Part shown: piece by piece, positions 52,684 through 64,000 of the stretch
Layout: each line of letters begins with the position of its first letter
Numbering within the stretch: the first letter of the stretch is position 1
NCBI RefSeq assembly: GCF_963921235.1
Contig: NC_086108.1
Location: 55,058,001 to 55,122,000 of the forward strand
Direction of reading: 5' to 3'
Length of the DNA: 64,000 bases
Source of the DNA: Mobula hypostoma
Taxonomy: Eukaryota
The notes under the pieces: generated by a model
Told to the model about the DNA's origin: nothing
The model's input: only the letters and a program-made list of their open reading frames with translations
The model's database searches: none
Program-made: the position numbers and the translations under genes

Positions 52684-52950
52684 TTACTTGTTATTGTTTC
52701 TGTCTTGCTTAAGAATCAGAGTTTCAGTCCAGGCACATTCACTATTACTTGGCAGATAGTATGCACTTTGTGAATTGATAACCAAATACTCCCTTGCAGT
52801 CCAACAACTTGTTGACTATACCAGAGCTTATGTGGTCCATCTGTTACAAACAGTAATGACTGACCACAGTTAATCTAACAAACAGTTATTGATTGAGATT
52901 AGCATACTCCAATTGTTAAAGTGAAATGATGGCTGTTTTATAATTCTAGG

Positions 52951-53524
52951 TGTAATGGCTTCTCTGTATTGTTAACTAATGTAATGACTTCTCTGTAATG
53001 TTACCTGCTGAGGTAATGGTTTCTCTGTAGCAGAAATGTTTGGGTTATGAATAGAGATAATGAGACTTTGGAATTCAGTGGCTAACCAATGGGAGAAATG
53101 TTATCCTTTCTTGTGTGTTTGGGAGTGGGGTTTTTGTGGGTTTTCATCGAAGAGGGAAGAAGAGGAAGGACGCGTGTGGAGAGTGCTGGTAGACCACTGG
53201 AAGTTGTATACTGGGATCCGAGGGTTGGCGACGTTTGGCGGAGATTGATGGTGGAGGAATGCCTGCTGAGTGAGCTCCAACTGAAACTGTGACTTTAATT
53301 TGGGCCCTTTTTTGTTTTGTTTATTTTCCTACTAACCCTATATTCAAATAAGATTCATAAAGTCTATCATTTAATTGCATATGGTGTACTGTCTGATATT
53401 TTGTGTTGCGGTTTTGTAATCGGGATACATTACACAGCATCCACACAAATGTGAATACCCAGTTTGGTGGGGCCAAAATCTGGTTCCCCTAGATGAACAC
53501 GAGTGGGTGAACCTGAGGGTTACA
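52951..53524 (+). repeat. 5' LTR (574 bp)
   Basis: TGTAATGG...GGGTTACA; direct repeat of 60338-60889. Confidence 0.95.
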
Positions 53525-53528
53525 ATTT

Positions 53529-53545
53529 TGGGGCTCGTCCGGGAT
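53529..53545 (+). promoter_or_regulatory. Primer binding site, tRNA-Pro
   Basis: TGGGGCTCGTCCGGGAT is complementary to the tRNA-Pro 3' end (canonical TGGGGGCTCGTCCGGGAT) and lies just inside the 5' LTR. Confidence 0.9.
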
Positions 53546-53593
53546 TGATTCTATTGGATGCTGTGCGATCGCCTTGTTTAAACCAGTGCTGGT

Positions 53594-55108
53594 ATGGATG
53601 CTGCTGGGGTGGAAAGCTGGTGTGCCTCTGTGGGATTACCAGTTAATAATACATGCGTGTTGAGTGGGGTGGATATTTGTACCCTGCATGAATTGTTAAT
53701 TCGATTTTTGAGCATGGTTAAAGCAGTTGGCAAAGTTGAAATCATAGCACGAAAGTTTGACAAAATGATGAGCTCAGACCTTGTTTTAGTTCAGACTAGC
53801 ACTGACGTAATGGCGGTGGAACTGCCAGTGTCGATCAGTGCCCCGAGGAGGCGGGTCCATGGGCTGTCCATACTGTCAGGGGGGAGGAGAAAGGAGCCCA
53901 GCAGGCTGGGTCACAAGCTGAGTTGCCTGCAGCTGGGGGTGGAGATTTGAGAGACAGGGTTCTATCATTTCTGCAGAGTGAGGGGAAAGAGTGGTTGGAT
54001 TCAGAAAGATTAATTAGTCCCCGTCCCCCAGTGGAGAGTGAGGATTCTGAGTTGGTATCAGCCCTTACTTCCCTGACGAATAAGTGGCCCAGCACACAGG
54101 CAGGGGGACCCCGCCAGAAGCTAAGAGTTTTCTCTGGAGTAACGCCCACCCCCGAGGGGGAGGAGGATTATGAGACATGGGTGGAGCATGCCTTTCAGTT
54201 GTTGGATGAGTGGCAGTGCTCTGATGTCGAAAACCGACAGAGATTGGTTGAAAGTTTGAGGGGGTTGGCAGCCGAGGTAGTAAGAGGCGTGAAAGTTAAC
54301 CAGCCCTCTGCTTCCCTTGCTCAGTATCTAGATGCATTAGTGAGTGCTTTTGGGCTGACCAGGAGCACACTGGAGCTCCTGGGGGGGGGGGGGTGGGTTT
54401 CAAAACATGTGTCAGGAGAACAGGAGAAGCTTTCCGCGTACCTTTTTCCACGAGTGAGACAGCTAAATTGTTTCAGGCAGCTGAGGTGGATCAGCTAAGG
54501 ATGGACCAGGTAACCAGGGTTCGCCCAGGCCCAGGACATGATTGCTTGGGGTTTCCGGCAGTCCCGTAAAATGCACCCCACCTCCCTCATTTGCACGACT
54601 GATCAGAGAGGTGAGGGAGGAGGAGAACGCGTTGGGGCCACAAGAGGACTCCATCAGCAGGGTGCTGTCCTTGATAGTAGCCCCTTGTGGTGAAGTGACT
54701 GGGGCCAGCTCAACCCAGGAAGTGGTAAAGGAGGTGGTGACAGAGCTGAGAACTGAGATGTCCCGGGGGTTCCCGGCAGGTGTGGGCCCTCCATATGATA
54801 GGACCAGGAGAGAGGCCCCCGCAAGGGGATGGACTTTGCAGAGGGCTGTGGGTGGCCGGGGTTCCGCGAGAAGAGGATCGGCCGGTAGCGTGTGTTCAAA
54901 CTGTGGGGAAGAGGGACACTTCCGGCGGGAATGTGAGCGGCAGGAAGCCCCTCGGAGAGCGAGCCCACGGGTATCCAAGCAGGGAGAGGTGTCGGGATAC
55001 TTAGAGGAAACCCAGCGAGGAAATGGCCTGGTGTCTCTGGGGGAACATGTTCTCAGCAATGTACCAAGGAACTCCCGAAAGCAAACGACCCTATTCCTGA
55101 AGGATTAG
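53594..55108 (+). pseudogene. Gypsy gag, PNMA-like, frameshifted, with CCHC zinc knuckle
   Basis: ESWC..CVLSGV N-terminus; LRVFSG..PEGEEDYETW..RQRLVESLRGLA; CSNCGEEGHFRREC. Confidence 0.88.
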
Positions 55109-58100
55109 TGGGACCACACTCCATCGTTTCGCTACGAATAGAGGGAATTTATACTGAAGCCATACTCGACACCGGGTCACAGGTCAGGTTACTGTACCGT
55201 TCGTTTTACAATCAGTATCTGAAGCATTTACCCTTGACACCATTCAGTGCACTGGAGATTTGGGGTCTTGGTGCTGGTGATTATCCATACGACGGTTATT
55301 TGTCGGTGAAACTGGAGTTCTCGGAGGCCAATATGGGAGTGTCTGAGGTCCTTGATACAGTGATGCTGGTTTATCCGGACCCTGTTGAGACGGGTAGCGT
55401 TTCAAATCTGGTGGGGACCAACACCTCTCTTGTGAGGAGTCTCATGGGGGCCTGCAAGGAGAAGGCGGGTGAGAGCTTTTTGGGGACATTCTCCGTGCAC
55501 CCAGTGTTTCAAGCTACGTTTGAGGAAATGCGTGGCAGCATTGGGCCAGATACCGAATTTAAACGAGGGACTGTGTGGTTCACCCAGTCAAAGCCAATGG
55601 TGGTACAGCCCGGGGAAGTAGCGAGAGTGATGGGGACACCCAGATTTCCCGGGGTGCCTGAGGGCGAAGCCCTCTTAGTGGACGTGCCAGAAGACCTTGG
55701 GGGGAGACGAGATTTCTGGCTGTGGTACTGGTGAGGCCTGAATTGCAGAAGCCCTCGGTTGTACAGGTGAGCAGGATGGCAGTGATTGTCAGGAACACTA
55801 TGAAGAGGGAGGTCGCTTTTAAGCGAGGGATGCTCCTGGCGCATTTGTTCCCGGTGACGGTAATGTCTAGCGCCCCTGTGAGGCATGCCGGGGAGAAACT
55901 ATTGGAAAAAGGGGAAAAGTTGACCGCTGAGTCATTCGACTTTGGGGACTCCCCAGTGCCGCCGGGTTGGAAAAGGAGGCTGGTAGAGAAGATGTTGAAG
56001 TTGGAAGATGTCTTTTCCACTGGAGAGTTTGATGTGGGTTGTTCCAAGAGCACTTGTCACACTATCTGGTGACCGAGGATACCCCGTTTAGAGAGAGATC
56101 GCAGCGACTGGCCCCTGCAGACGTGGAAGACGTCCTGCAGCATTTGCGTAAGCTGAAGGAAGCTGGAATCATCACTGAGTCCCGAAGCCCCTATGTGTCC
56201 CCAATAGTAGTGGCCCAGAAGAAGAACTTTACTTTATTGTCGCCGAACAATTGATATTAAGCGTACAATCATCACAGCAATATTTGATTCTGCGCTTCGC
56301 GCTCCCTGGAGTACAAATCAATAATAAATATTAAAAACTTAAATTATAAATCATAAATAGAAAATAGAAAAGGGAAAGTAAGGTAGTGCAAAAAAATCGA
56401 GAGGCAGGTCGGGATATTTGGAGGGTACGGCCCAGATCTGGGTCAGGATCCGTTCAGCAGCTGTTCCTAAATCTGGCTGTACGAGTCTTCAAGCTCCTGA
56501 GCCTTCTCTCAGAGGGAAGAGGGATGAAAAGTGTGTTGGCTGGGTGGGTCGTGTCCTTGATTATCCTGACAGCACTGCTCCGACAGCGCGCGGTGTAAAG
56601 TGAGTCCAAGGACGGAAGAATGGTTTGTGTGATGTGCTGGGCTGTGTTCACGGTCTTCTGCAGCTTCTTCCGGTCTTGGACAGGACAACTTCCATACCAG
56701 GTTGTGATGCACCCTAGAAGAATGCTTTCTACAGTGCATCTATAAAAATTAGTGAGGGTTTTAGGGGACAGGGCAAATTTCTTTAGCTTTCTCAGGAAGT
56801 AAAGGCGCTGGTGGGCCTTCTTGGCAGTGGACTCTGCTTGGTTGGACCAAGTCAGGTCATTTGTGATATTGACCCCGAGGAACTTAAAGCTTTTGACCTG
56901 TTCCACTTGCGCACCACCTATGTAAATTGGGTTGTGCAGTCCACTACTCCTTCTGAAGTCGACAACCAATTCCTTCATCTTGCTGACATTGAGGGATAGG
57001 TTATTTTCTTCGCACCATGCCACCAGGTTCTTAATTTCCTCTCTGTACTCAGAACGGGAAGGTACACATGTGTGTGGACTATAGGACTCTGAACAGGCGC
57101 ACCGGCCCTGACCAGTATACGGTCCCGAGGGTCAAGGACGCACTGGTCTGTCTGAGTTGTGTGAAGTGGTTTAGTGTGCTGGATTTGAGGAGCAGATACT
57201 ACCAGATCCCAATGAGTGAGGCCAATAAAGAGAAGACGGCATTTATATCTCCCCTGGGATTCTTCCAGTTTGAAAGGACGCCCCACGGCATATCGGAAGC
57301 CCTTGCCACCTTCCAGAGGGTCATGGAGAAGATGGTGGAGGATATGAACTTGCTTGAGGTGTTGGTGTATCTGGATGACCTCATAGTATTTGGATGCACC
57401 TTGGAAGAACATGAAGTGAGGCTACTGAATGTGCTCGGCTGCCTGAAAGCTGAAGGGTTAAAACTTTCCCTGACAAGTGCCAGTTCTGCCAAATGTCTGT
57501 TAGCTATGTCAGACACATAATCTCATGGGATGGAGTAGTTACAGACCCAGCTAAGATGGAAGCGGTGACCACTTGGCCGAGGCCCCAGACTGGGAGTGCT
57601 CTGCGCTCATTCTTGGGGTTCTGTGGTTATTATCAGAGATTTGTGAAGGGCTACGCCAAAGTGAGTCACCCCTTGAACCAGCTTCTGTGTGGTTACCCTC
57701 CCTTGGGGAAGAAAGGGAAAGGTAAAAAAGGACAGGAAGGTGGAGAATATCTAAAGCCGTCGGAGCCCTTCGGACAGAGGTGGGATGTAAAATGTGAGGA
57801 GGCATTTCAGTCGCTGAAGGAGTTGCTGACCCAGGCACCAGTGCTGGCTTTTGCGGATCCCCGATTGCCATATGTACTACACATAGATGCCAGCTGGGAG
57901 GGTTTAGGGGGCGTCCTGTATCAGGATCAGGGCACTGGGTTGAGGCCTGTGGCGTTTGTCAGCCGGAGTTTGTTGTCCTCCGAAAGAAACTATCCCAAGC
58001 ACAAATTGGAATTCCTGGCGTTGAAATGGGCGGTGGTGGATAAGCTGAATGACTATCTCTACGGGGCCAAGTTTGAGGTGAGGATGGACAACAACCCTCT

Positions 58101-60300
58101 AACTTATATCCTGACCTCGGCGAAACTGGATGCCATAGGCCATCGGTGGTTGGCAGCGTTGTCCACCTATGATTTCAGCCTGAAGTACCGGCGGGAAGCC
58201 GGAACATTGATGCAGATGCTTTGTCCCGACAGGCGTATGAGGGACTGGACATGGACAAGGAGTGGGAGAGCGTTCCTGCCCCTGGGGTGAAGGCCATGTG
58301 TCAGTTTGCCATCATCGTGAAGGCAGAGGAAAAGGAGAGGTCGGATCGAGCAGTGGATCAATTGGGGGCTTCTGATGATGCCATACCCCAAGTTTACTGT
58401 AACCTGACTGTGCTGAAGACCAAGCAGCTGCCGGAATTGAGTTCTGGGGAAGTGGCAGCTGCTCAGCAAGATGATCTGGGCATTGGCACTATTTGGTCAG
58501 CGGTTGAAAAGGGAGATATGGCTCAGGCGGGGAGGATGAAACATGCTTCGGTGCCTCCATTACTGAAAGAATGGCCTCAGTTGAAGTTGAAGAATCAGAT
58601 GTTATATCGGGTCACGTCACCCCCAGACCGACCTCGGTGCTGCCAGCTGGTTCTGCCCAAGAAGTATCGGAGGATTGCATTGAAGTCACTTCATGATGAT
58701 TCTGGACATCTGGTGGTGGAAAAGACCTATGGATTGCTCAGAGACCGGTTTTACTGGCCCCAAATGAAGTTGGAGGTTGAAGAATACTGAAAGTCATGCA
58801 TTCGCTGCATACAGCGGAAGACACTGCCTACACGGGCAGCTCCTTTGTCCCACTTGCAGAGTGCAGGGCCCCTGAACCTGGTGTGTATGGATTTCCTATC
58901 CATAGAACCCAATGCCAGCAATACAGCAAATGTCTTAGTCATCACGGACCACTACACCAGATATGCTCAGGCTTTTCCCACCAAGGACCAGAGGGCGACT
59001 ACGGTGGCAAAAGTGTTATGGGAGAAGTATTTAGTTTATTGTGGCCTTCCCAGGCGGATACATAGTGACCAGGGACGGGACTGCAAGAGCAGACTCATCT
59101 ATGAGTTACTGGGCATGCTTGGAGTTGAGAAGTTGAGGACCACGCCCTATCACCCGCAGGGCGATCCTCAGCCTGAGAGGTTTAATTGGACCTTGCTAGG
59201 TATGCTCAGGACCCTGGAGATCAGCAAGAAGAGCAGGTGGAGTCAACATATTGGGCATCTGGTTCACTGTTACAACTGTACACGAAATAAAGCTACTGGA
59301 TACTCGCCATATTATCTGATGTTTGGGCGCGAGGCGAGGTGAGGTTGCCCATTGACCTTTGTTTTGGGACTGATGAGGGTGACTTACCACCAAAGCCTTA
59401 TCTGAAGTATGTGTCTGACATGAGGGGAGAGCTGAAAAGGGCTTATGAATTGGCTGGGGTCGCAGCTGCCAAGCAGAATTGTGGAAATAAGAGGAGATAT
59501 GATCAGAAGGTGAGGTTCTCCCAACTCATGCTGGGAGATCGAGTCCTCATAAGGAACTTGGGGCTACCTGGAAAGCACAAGTTGGTTGACCACTGGGTGG
59601 CCTCACCCTATGTGATGGAGAGTCAGATGCCAAACCTACCGGTTTTCTGGGTGAGACCAGAGGTGGGGAAGGGGCCTGCCAATATTCTCCATCCGAACCA
59701 TCTGTTGCCCCTGGGACAAGAGGTGCAGGTAGACCTGGAGCCCGACTTGGAGCCAACACCTAGTAAGAGGACTCTGCGAGAACGCGGGTTGACTGCAGGG
59801 CCCCTAGTGGGAGAGGTTGGGCTGGGACCCACCCCTGAGAGGGATACTGATTTGGAGGATGATGATCTGGATGTGTGGTACATGCTGCCATTCGCTAACT
59901 CCCCATTAGTTGAGGCAGACTCCTGGCCCTTCTACCACTGAGTCAGGTGAGGTGGGGGGGTGCTATCTGTGGGCAGCCTGGGTTACAGCAGGACCCTGAA
60001 GGAGAGGAAGCAGGGCCTGGACATGGGACAGAGGGCTCTGAGTTGCCGGGGAACACAGGTGATAGATCAGGAGAGGACTCTCCAAGTAGGCCCGAATTAT
60101 CCCCAGTAGCGTCTGAGCCTGAAGAGTTAGGTGAGGAGGTACGAAGGTCTCAGAGAATTAGGAGACTACCGGATAAGTTGGCCTATGTAGAGCCTGGGGA
60201 ACAGGGCGTGATCTCCACTGCTTCAGGGAGCTATGTCACTGTCTTTTGCGCCTGGATTGGGCTTTGTGTTTTGCAGGAAGGGTTGGCAAACTATCTCAAC
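55108..60300 (+). pseudogene. Gypsy pol (protease, RT, RNase H, integrase), frameshifted and interrupted
   Basis: ILDTGSQ; SPYVSPIVV..MCVDYRTLN; YLDD; LHIDAS..ERNY..LEFLAL; HDDSGH; CMDFL..HSDQG..PERFN; C-terminal RRSQRIRRLPDKL. Confidence 0.93.
56228..57050 (-). mobile_element. Young Rex1/Babar LINE 3' fragment inserted in the Gypsy RT
   Basis: ORF 56454-57023; AGAAC duplication at 56223-56227 and 57051-57055. Removal restores VVAQKKN|GKVHMCVDYR. Confidence 0.93.
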
Positions 60301-60323
60301 GTCATGAGGACATAACTAAATTT

Positions 60324-60337
60324 GGTGGGGGGGAGAA
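60324..60337 (+). promoter_or_regulatory. Polypurine tract
   Basis: G-rich purine run ending GAGAA immediately before the 3' LTR. Confidence 0.85.
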
Positions 60338-60889
60338 TGTAATGGCTTCTCTGTAATGTTAACTACTGAGGTAATGGTTTCTCCAGCAGAAATGTTTGGG
60401 TTATGAATAGAGATAATGATACTTTGGAATTCAGTGGCTAACCAATGGGAGAAATGTTATTCTTTCTTGTGTGTTTGGGAGCGGAGTTTTCGCGGGTTTT
60501 TGTTGCGGAGAGAAGAAGAGGAAGGACGCATGTGGAGAGCGCTGGTAGACCACTGGACAGCGTAAAATGGGATCTGAGGGTCCGAGGGTCGGTGACGTTT
60601 GGCGGAGATCGATGGTGGAGGAATGCCTGCTGTGTGAGCTCCAACTGAAACTGTGACTTTAATTTGGGCCTTTTTTTGTTTTGTTTATTTTCATACTGAC
60701 CCTATATTCAGATTAAGATTCATAAAGTTGATCATTTAATTGCATATGGTGTACTGTCTGATATTTTGCGTTGCGGGTTAGTAATCGGGGTACATTACAC
60801 AGCATCCACACAAACGTGAATACTTAGTCTGGCGGGGCCAAAAGCTGGTTCCCCCAGACGAACGCGAGAGGGAGAACCTGAGGGTTACA
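60338..60889 (+). repeat. 3' LTR (552 bp)
   Basis: TGTAATGG...GGGTTACA followed by TAGG. Confidence 0.95.
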
Positions 60890-61351
60890 TAGGATTTCTA
60901 AATTCTTCTTTTAAATATTTTTGTGAAATGTTTCTTGTTAATTTTGATGTACTGTTTCCCTCTGTTACATTATGTTTTTCATACTCTTCCTATACAGCCA
61001 GATCTGAATATGGACAAATTTACTGCAATAAATTTAATTTCTTTGCAAAATCTGATGCTAAGATGTGCTGGGACCTATTAATGGGATCCTATAAGCAAGC
61101 TTAATTGTGTTACTGGAAACAGTGAAGCATGCAGTTGACCTTTTCTAGTGGCGTGTAGCAACAATTATCTTGTATTAATGTATTTTACCATTGCTAGTTT
61201 GTGTTGTTTAAGAACTATATTAAATCAAAAGCAAATTGTTCAGGTTCATAAATAACAGACATGTTACATTCCAAGTCTACATTCATGATCTTTTAATAAT
61301 TATTATGAATCATATTTTGCACAGAACTTCATATAAATGAAGCTTAGTTAT

Positions 61352-62147
61352 GATGGTGCTAAACGGCGATTCCTTTGTTTGCTTCTTCAGAAACAGCTCT
61401 ATTTCCATTTTTAATATTTCTATTTTTCCCTTTCAGGGATCTTTTGAAGACCCTGACCTGGAGTTACATGCCGACTTCAGCAGAATGGGACCTGCTCTTG
61501 GGGTTTCTCAACTGGCCGTTTTTCGACATGCCAAGGATGTGGCCTAAGAGTTCAGTTCATCTTGGGAGGTCTGGGATCTCATAGCTCTGGAGATGGGCGG
61601 ATTGAAGTTCAGTGTCCCTGCAGGAAATCAGTGTGTCGTGGGAGTTGGAAGATCTCTGGCTGTGTGCCCAGAGACCAAGACCTTTGGACACAGAGCTTGG
61701 AAAAAGCGATGCAACAGACTTTTAACATTGTAAACCAGTGAGTTGTTTGTTATGTCTCCCCTCTCGCTGTGAAATAGAGGCACCTCTTTCTCCCTTATTC
61801 AGGAGAGGAGGGAGTCTGTAGTATGTCAATTACCGGGTGAACAAGTAGTCTTTGGGGTACTGCAAGTATGTGTCTTTGCTGTTGCTTCGCTGCCCGCTTA
61901 AGTGCTCAGTGGTGGGTGCCGATGTTTTCTTTTTGCCGGTGAGGGAGATGGGATCATTGCTTTGCTGCTGCTTATGGGCGGGAGGGAGGGGAGCTGAGGT
62001 GGGGGACTTTGGGGTTCTAATGTTTAACTGTCATTCATTCTTTGGGGCACTTCTCTGTTTTTGTGGATGGTTGCAAAGAAAAGGCATTTCAGGATGTATA
62101 TTGTATACATTTCTCTGACATTAAATATACCTTTGAAACCTTTGAAA
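61352..62147 (+). mobile_element. Non-coding non-LTR retroposon (LINE-dependent type)
   Basis: GC shift from the flanks, gatggtgctaaacggcg start, and a 3' ttctctgacattaaa plus tandem cctttgaaa tail like Rex1-type ends; no ORF. Confidence 0.55.
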
Positions 62148-62335
62148 TTACATGGACTGATAGCCCTTTGTATTACTTAGATAAAGTTCAATTTTTGAAA
62201 TGTTTTCTAGTCCTTATCTTGATCCTATCATGACTTGAATGTGATAGTGCCTGCCTATAATCTTGATGAACAATTAATAATTAAGCAGTTATCATCTACC
62301 TGTCAAAAGTTAAATAAATTACACTTGACATTTAT

Positions 62336-62664
62336 TAGATTATATTAGATTAGGTTCAACTTTATTGTCATTGTGCTTACAGATACAACGCCAATGAAAT
62401 GCATTTAGCATCTGACCAGAAATGCAAAGAATAGTGTTATTTACAAAATAACTGTGAATAAAAAAAGTGCTACAGCACACAAATATAAAAGTACGGAGAC
62501 AGTACAATACGGATGCAATACTGCTTAGTGCTGTGATGAGAGGTTCAGCAGTGTCACAGCCTCAGGGAAGAAGCCCTTCCTGTGCCTGCTGGTGCGGGAG
62601 CGGAGGCTCCTGTAGTGCCTACTGGATGGGAGGAGAGTAAAAAGTCCATGGTTAGGGTGAGATG
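62336..62664 (-). mobile_element. Rex1/L2-type LINE 3' end
   Basis: Minus strand encodes LLPSSRHYRSLRS..GFFPEAVTLLN-like; AATAAA and (TAATC) tail; CATTTAT duplication at 62329-62335 and 62665-62671. Confidence 0.7.
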
Positions 62665-63189
62665 CATTTATAAAAGAACAAAGAAGTATTCCCAGACACA
62701 TTGTTATTTAACTAGAAGTTTACAAAAGTAGCAGCTTATTATCTTCAATCATCTTCCTGCTAGTTATTTTCACAATATACATGCACATACAGTACATGTA
62801 TATACAGTATTGAGAGAGAGAGAGAGATGATGTACTTTGGGAAGTCAAAAAGGCATAGGGTACTAAGGAATGGTGATGAATCTTGATGTTCAAGTCCATT
62901 GTTTGCTGAAAATGGCAACCCTGGTAAATAGAGTGATGAAGAAGGCCTGTTCCTGCGATGTATGGCTTTGTCACTCTAAATAAACATACTTCTGCACTTC
63001 AGTAAGGGAAATTACAGAGATGAATTAAAAATGACAATGGGAAACTCTCTGTAAAATTCTCGTCATTGTATTTTGGAACCTGACACTTCAGCTTGTATAG
63101 AAAATCTGAGTCTAAGTTCTGATCTAGCTAAATTAAGGTATTTGCTTCATTTTTAGCAACTGGCATTCATTGATAATGAATAGTTGTTG

Positions 63190-63315
63190 CAGACACAAGA
63201 AGCGGTAGATATTGGAAACCGGAGCAGAGGAAACACTGAGGAACACAGCAGGCAATGCAGGATCTGGAGGGAAATGCATATTCGATGTTTCAGGTTGAGA
63301 AACTTGATCTGGACT
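63190..63315 (-). mobile_element. Highly degenerate Penelope-like terminal-repeat fragment
   Basis: cagcaggcaatgcaggatctggaggga..ttcgatgtttcaggttgagaaacttgatctggact parallels the reverse complement of the family consensus. Confidence 0.45.
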
Positions 63316-64000
63316 CTAAAATCTGTTCATTTTATGATGGGACAAACCTTAAAATTAATGTAGACAATAGACAGCTGTGCTGTTCACATATTTTAATATT
63401 TGGTGGATAGAATTATACATTTGCTTCTGATCATAATGATCAAATGTGCTAAAAATTCAGTAATTGAAATTGTTATTCAAGTACAATATTTGTACAATAC
63501 ATTTTGATGTAGGATATACACCTATTGTGTTATTGGCATGCCACTTTTTTTTAGCCTCTACACCTATTGAAGAAAATTAGCTGAGACTTTGTTATAATAT
63601 ATTGTTGCATATATACCTTTTGAAACACAGAATTCAGAAAATGTTTTATATTTTTCAATCAATTTATTTGCAATTGTTACTATTTTCTGTCTCTATAATC
63701 AGTCAAACTCATATTTAAATCTTCAAAATTTTTTCAAAAATTACGAAGTGTAAATGTGTGAATCTATTTAATCTAACCAGCTCATTCCTTTTGCAGGATT
63801 TCAACATTCTCTCCCTGGGTAATTCTTGATGGTTGTGGGATTATCTGTCTTCATAGTAACATGTTGGAGATAATTTTAAGTATATATACAGTAACGTGTT
63901 TCTTGCAGCAGTCCTAAGTTGCCACACCTTCCATACTTGGACTACTTCCAAGTTCAAGTTTATGTTTACTGTCATTCAACCATACGTATGTATCCAGCGA

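Larger units (their letters stand above)
52951..60889 (+). mobile_element. Full-length but decayed Ty3/Gypsy LTR retrotransposon
   Basis: TG..CA LTRs, TAGG TSD (52947-52950 and 60890-60893), tRNA-Pro PBS, PPT, and gag-PR-RT-RH-IN order. Confidence 0.96.

Noticed and set aside
59941..60320. Possible env or chromodomain after integrase
   Set aside because: No signal peptide, furin site, TM or chromodomain pattern; it reads as a disordered integrase tail.
61437..61547. Exon-like segment after tttttccctttcag
   Set aside because: It lies within a retroposon-like repeat and has no protein similarity I can recognise.
63797..63818. Possible micro-exon (ttttgcag..GTAATT) of a downstream gene such as PDE4B
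   Set aside because: Only 22 bp with no recognisable peptide; such splice-like signals occur by chance.
1..64000. CRISPR arrays, operons, rRNA or true tRNA genes
   Set aside because: None seen; the tRNA-like sequences are SINE heads or the retroelement PBS.

Overview
This is vertebrate genomic DNA with no prokaryotic or CRISPR features. The repeat mix (abundant CR1 and Rex1/Babar LINEs, V-SINEs, Penelope-type hammerhead repeats) suggests a cartilaginous fish, probably a ray; that assignment is inference. The only host gene I can support is the 3' end of a leptin receptor (LEPR, long signalling isoform) on the + strand. Its four GT-AG exons (12155-12256, 16839-16944, 27774-27849, 34675-35460) splice in frame and encode the end of the last FNIII domain, the TM helix, Box1 (VPNP) and a cytoplasmic tail with three correctly spaced tyrosines ending in YMPQ. 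The rest is densely nested transposable elements: an IR/DR Tc1 (DD34E) carrying a highly structured retroposon, an L1 split by an RNase H-containing I-group (Nimb-like) LINE, many CR1 and Rex1 copies including a young family, tRNA/V/Deu SINEs, a solo LTR, and a full-length decayed Gypsy with PNMA-like Gag. The most unusual non-coding signals are inverted Penelope-like insertions carrying degenerate minimal hammerhead-ribozyme motifs, and a strand-specific three-way-junction RNA fold at about 1140-1218. Element boundaries without a stated TSD or TIR are approximate, and family names come from motif recognition, not database searches.
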